DNA from: Candidatus Woesearchaeota archaeon
GTDB taxonomy: Archaea; Nanobdellota; Nanobdellia; SCGC-AAA011-G17; JAGVZF01
DNA: 57,417 nt
Direction: 5' to 3'
Assembly (NCBI GenBank): GCA_018302785.1
Contig: JAGVZF010000034.1
Span: forward strand, 1 to 57,417
Made by a program: the position numbers and the translations under genes. Below, piece after piece: positions 56,719 through 57,417 of the stretch (its first letter is position 1; each line of letters starts with the position of its first letter). Below the pieces are notes generated by a model. The model made no database searches. It saw only the letters and a program-made list of their open reading frames with translations, and was not told where the DNA came from.

Positions 56719-57417
56719 TTAATTCTCAATATATGCTATAACAATAGCATTAGCATATCCAAAGGGACTTCCAAATTTAACATCCTTAACACCATCATAG
56801 TTTGCTTCAACCCATTTATTATCTATAGAGACTCTTTTCATAAATAACAACTTAGAAAAATGCAGTTTATTTTCTGTCAATTTTTCATCTAAATAATTAT
56901 TATATCCAACTGGAAAAGTAGCAATAAATTTCCCATTGACATTTAATAATTTCTTAATATTATTAAGAGCCCTAATAATCTTCTCTTTATCTTTAACCTC
57001 TTCATCATAACCTATATGCTCAATTGTGCTTATACTAACAATTAAATCATATTTTTTATCACTTTTAAAATCAACAATATCTTCATTAATTATTCCTTGA
57101 GCTTTTTCATATTTATCAACTACATCATGATCAAAATCAAAATAATGTGAAATAACATGCCCTACTTCTAATATCCTTTTACCTTTACTTTTTTCAACTT
57201 CTCCCAAAATTATAGGAAGTTCTACAGTTCTTTCATTTTTCCATGTAGTATTATAACTATGATATAAATACCTATATTCATTTCCTTGAAACTTAAAGGA
57301 TTTTTTAGGCATAAAAAATCTAAAATAATAATATTTTACTTCATTTTTAAAAACTTTAATAGAAGACTTGAATAAATAACCAATACCTTTCTCTTTTAAA
57401 ACTATCTTGCCTAAATA
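56719..57417 (-). CDS. Class I SAM-dependent methyltransferase-like protein; frame stays open to the window edge, so probably 5'-truncated
   Basis: NER.VE.P, ILEVG, YDLI.SIST.EHIG motifs; the 35 codons upstream of ATG 57312 (YLGKIV...YFRFF) contain no stop. Confidence 0.75.
   Translation of the reverse strand, partial: YLGKIVLKEKGIGYLFKSSIKVFKNEVKYYYFRFFMPKKSFKFQGNEYRYLYHSYNTTWKNERTVELPIILGEVEKSKGKRILEVGHVISHYFDFDHDVVDKYEKAQGIINEDIVDFKSDKKYDLIVSISTIEHIGYDEEVKDKEKIIRALNNIKKLLNVNGKFIATFPVGYNNYLDEKLTENKLHFSKLLFMKRVSIDNKWVEANYDGVKDVKFGSPFGYANAIVIAYIEN

Noticed and set aside
1-57417. CRISPR array, rRNA, diversity-generating retroelement or provirus
   Set aside because: No regularly spaced repeats, rRNA-like tracts, reverse transcriptase, adenine-specific TR/VR pair, or capsid/terminase/integrase genes were seen. 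The repeats found are exact tracts within paralogs.

Overview
AT-rich archaeal chromosomal segment, most likely from a DPANN (Woesearchaeota/Pacearchaeota-like) organism. This assignment is an inference from BRE/TATA promoters, GGTGA Shine-Dalgarno sites, Trm56, AglB, an intron-containing tRNA and the protein families present. From left to right the window holds: the probable end of an IS481-like element; tRNA-Gly(TCC); a 4-gene operon of Cys-rich, membrane-anchored surface proteins (468-8390); trm56; secF-secD; an unannotated 49-aa membrane protein; an aldo-keto reductase; tRNA-Ser(CGA) with a non-canonical intron; and a ~43 kb surface-glycosylation region (14.3-57.4 kb). That region encodes nonulosonic-acid and amino/formamido-sugar synthesis, many glycosyltransferases, AglB, a GlcNAc-1-P transferase, two flippases and ADP-heptose synthesis (gmhA, hldE, two GT9 genes). 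It is interrupted by an AI-2E / RimB-like / RimK / Dph6-like / SpoIIM-like block. Best candidates for undescribed systems: (1) modular adhesin-like proteins with different heads on a shared stalk that ends in an IPFF-TM-basic putative sorting signal; (2) an RHH + degenerate nucleotidyltransferase + DUF6165-like fusion, a possible sugar-nucleotide-sensing regulator, with a palindrome next to its start codon; (3) heptose synthesis and transfer genes beside AglB; (4) a RimB-like protease paired with a RimK-AbrB fusion; (5) a SecD carrying a PDZ-like domain. All family calls come from motif recognition by eye; no database searches were run.
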